A stretch of 57,159 bases of DNA from Clostridia bacterium. GTDB taxonomy: Bacteria; Bacillota; Clostridia; Oscillospirales; CAG-272. The stretch is from contig JAFTLE010000071.1 of NCBI GenBank assembly GCA_017452895.1, positions 1 to 57,159 on the forward strand, written 5' to 3'. This document shows positions 55,601-57,159 of the stretch, piece after piece (positions within the stretch are counted from its first letter, which is position 1; each line of letters begins with the position of its first letter). The translations under genes and the position numbers were made by a program. Under the pieces are notes generated by a model. That model ran no database searches and was not told the DNA's origin. It saw only the letters and a list, made by a program, of their open reading frames with translations.

Positions 55601-56258
55601 CCTTTACCCCTCCGTGCTTGACGAGATGGAGGAGGATGCTCCGCCGCCCGCTGAGAGCGATGCCCCCTTCGTACCGACCCGCCCCGCCTTCCTTGGCGGT
55701 GACGACGGCAAGGAGAGCGCGCGCCGCGGTACGGCGACCCACCTTTATCTGCAATTCTGCGACCTTTCAAGCCTTCAGCGCACGGGTGCGGCGGCGGAGC
55801 TTTCCCGCCTCACCGAGAAGGGCTTCCTGACGCGGGAGGATGCCGCGCGCGTCCGTCTGGATGAGATCGAGGCGTTTTGTGCCTCGCGCACCTTCGCCGA
55901 GCTTCTCGCGGCCACAGAGCTTCACCGTGAGACGCGCTTCCATATCACGCTCCCCGCGTCGGAATTCACCGCCGTCGGTGAAAAGCGCGCGCTCCTTGCT
56001 GGCGAAACGCTGACGGTACAGGGCGTTATGGACTGCGTTTACCGCCGCGCCGACGGCGGTCTCGTCCTGCTCGATTACAAGACCGACCGCTTGACGCGGG
56101 AGGAGCTGAATGACCGTGCCCTCGCAAGGGAGCGGCTGGTCTCGCGCCACGGCGGGCAGCTCTCCTATTATGTAAAGGCGTGCGTCTCCCTGTTCGGGCA
56201 GGCACCCGACGAGGTCCTTATTTATTCTTTGCCGCTGGGCGACAGCATAAAATTGTAA
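52680..56258 (+). CDS. addA: helicase-exonuclease AddAB, subunit A
   Basis: 1192 aa. UvrD-type motifs (AAAGSGKT, DEYQDVN, MVGDIKQSIYSFRHA, TMHKSKGLEF, VALTRARERL) plus a C-terminal RecB-type nuclease (GVMDCVY...LLDYKTD). Confidence 0.92.
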   Translation: MAERIWTPAQRAAIDTRDRTLLVSAAAGSGKTATLTERIISSLIDPAHPADLSRMLVVTFTKKAAAELRERIEAALTDALRRDPENQRLARQLVLLPSAHVSTIDSYCNFIVKQNAAALGISPTFRVSDEAERALLMHTVMDELIDALFAGELPSVDGDAFAVFAADLVSARSEAELADVLISTYVTLQGQEDPLGVLSKNAKSYASEKDAPIFSTRAGGFIKDRTEQLLAHYTKALPTLLDCIRDECNELFTKYIPKIEEYLHALSLLQAALSDGYTAVREQLRELKFPTLPSAKRGSEKPPSAVALDGFCKSLRDTLKALLSRQYAYTEEQWHDSYAALADRMALLLEVLSLFDARFLAEKQRRGVLDFSDVERLTYRLFYDDGEPSSIARAVGEGLDAIYIDEYQDVNVIQHKIFEAISKPRNRFMVGDIKQSIYSFRHAEPSIFADLRAKFPPLSEAGDAASIFMSNNFRCDRVVIDLVNDIFTPLFTLAGDSIGYTADDNLIFSKKYELPPQDTPVTTALFFRDDQPTEKDPVAEVKEISAEAAWVAEEISRLLESGARLQDGKQIEPSDIAILLRTGKEKTAIYARALRARGLDSTADENTEFFINPEILLALSLLNAIDNPHRDIYLAGLLHSPLFSFSMEEMMELRRLGDADRSRSLYDTLLSYHAEKPNEKCEKLIRFLEKWRARAEGMPVDRLLRELYSETGLLSMHADGSGRRQNLLLLYNYARRFEAGSYKGLYNFIAYINEIVAAGKRFADIKSPSESSRAISILTMHKSKGLEFPVVFVCDCGTRFNRPHQKQNLVYHPALGLAMRMNDESGVVSIEHPARFAVLDAIDISQNEEELRVLYVALTRARERLYITGSVNKRPEEYRAEIAQAARTLSRETVLHGANSLFWMLAATGGMPGGRAPLCLSGNGPAEKKTAVAAEGTPTVAEDPALTTLLSERFAYRYPYAHMLGVPRKISVSHLYPSVLDEMEEDAPPPAESDAPFVPTRPAFLGGDDGKESARRGTATHLYLQFCDLSSLQRTGAAAELSRLTEKGFLTREDAARVRLDEIEAFCASRTFAELLAATELHRETRFHITLPASEFTAVGEKRALLAGETLTVQGVMDCVYRRADGGLVLLDYKTDRLTREELNDRALARERLVSRHGGQLSYYVKACVSLFGQAPDEVLIYSLPLGDSIKL

Positions 56259-56472
56259 AGCAAGGTTTGCAAAATTGATTTTTGAGGAATGGGTCAAAGG
56301 CAAAAAGAGCGTAAAAATCGGCTAGCTTGGCGGCTCAATCACCGCGGGTGCAGGCTCGAAGCTCGGCATTTTCCGATTTGAGAGCGACCTGCCAGTGAAG
56401 ATTCCCGCCTCCGGAGGTACCTATATCCGCCCCGGCGCCTTCCTCGTCGGCTGACCCTCAACACGAAAAACG

Positions 56473-56497
56473 GGCTGTCTTACGACAGCCTTTTTTT
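56473..56497 (+). terminator. intrinsic terminator about 215 nt after addA
   Basis: GGCTGTC-TTAC-GACAGCC followed by TTTTTTT. Confidence 0.8.
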
Positions 56498-56507
56498 CAC
56501 CCTTCTA

Positions 56508-56535
56508 TTGACTTTTTCCGCATATGGTGTATAAT
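56508..56535 (+). promoter_or_regulatory. sigma-A-like promoter of alaS
   Basis: TTGACT (56508-56513), a 16-nt spacer, then TATAAT (56530-56535). Confidence 0.5.
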
Positions 56536-56545
56536 ATAATGGTAA

Positions 56546-57159
<614 letters not shown>

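Overview
This 57.2-kb GC-rich chromosomal segment reads like the core genome of a spore-forming anaerobic Firmicute, probably Clostridia with Oscillospiraceae-like proteins (spoIIE, pflBA, nrdDG, long type-2-like ileS). I can support about 46 protein genes, one tRNA, one riboswitch of a known class (ZTP/pfl motif ahead of pflB), and many intrinsic terminators and sigma-A-like promoters.

Gene order, left to right:
- LicD fragment, an MFS-GH2 fusion, and a small PQ-loop membrane protein
- An OmpR/HK pair divergent from an HtrA-like protease, then znuA-znuC and pflB-pflA
- A purine permease, a Nudix hydrolase and a PRTase-like protein
- A zinc-ribbon membrane protein paired with an XRE regulator, then gap, a tagA-like gene and pcrA
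- DUF3267 plus a VOC protein paired with an XRE regulator, then nrdD-nrdG
- A GHL6-like glycosidase, an LRR/MucBP surface protein and comM
- An eight-gene aro supraoperon, tRNA(CAT), wecB, ileS and spoIIE
- UPF0237/UPF0210, then lipoprotein-alr-truB-addA and the start of alaS

I found no CRISPR array, transposase, integrase, toxin-antitoxin pair or recognisable defence genes, and I do not see a novel multi-gene protein system. The features that stand out are non-coding or architectural:
1. A 29-codon Phe/Tyr-rich leader ORF plus a strong terminator sits in front of the aro supraoperon. This is a candidate ribosome-mediated attenuator.
2. An orphan structured RNA of about 175 nt, with a three-way junction and its own terminator, lies at 3883-4060. 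I could not assign it to a known class.
3. A perfect 43-nt duplication of the tRNA(CAT) 3' half brackets a 215-bp structured insert, next to an AT-rich hairpin island. This looks like an integration scar or a miniature element.
4. aroB carries a 1-nt frameshift in an A-run.
5. There is an MFS permease-GH2 glycosidase fusion, znuAC without a permease gene, and addA without addB.

Many long track ORFs are antisense artefacts of the high GC content. All homology statements come from motif recognition by eye, not from searches.
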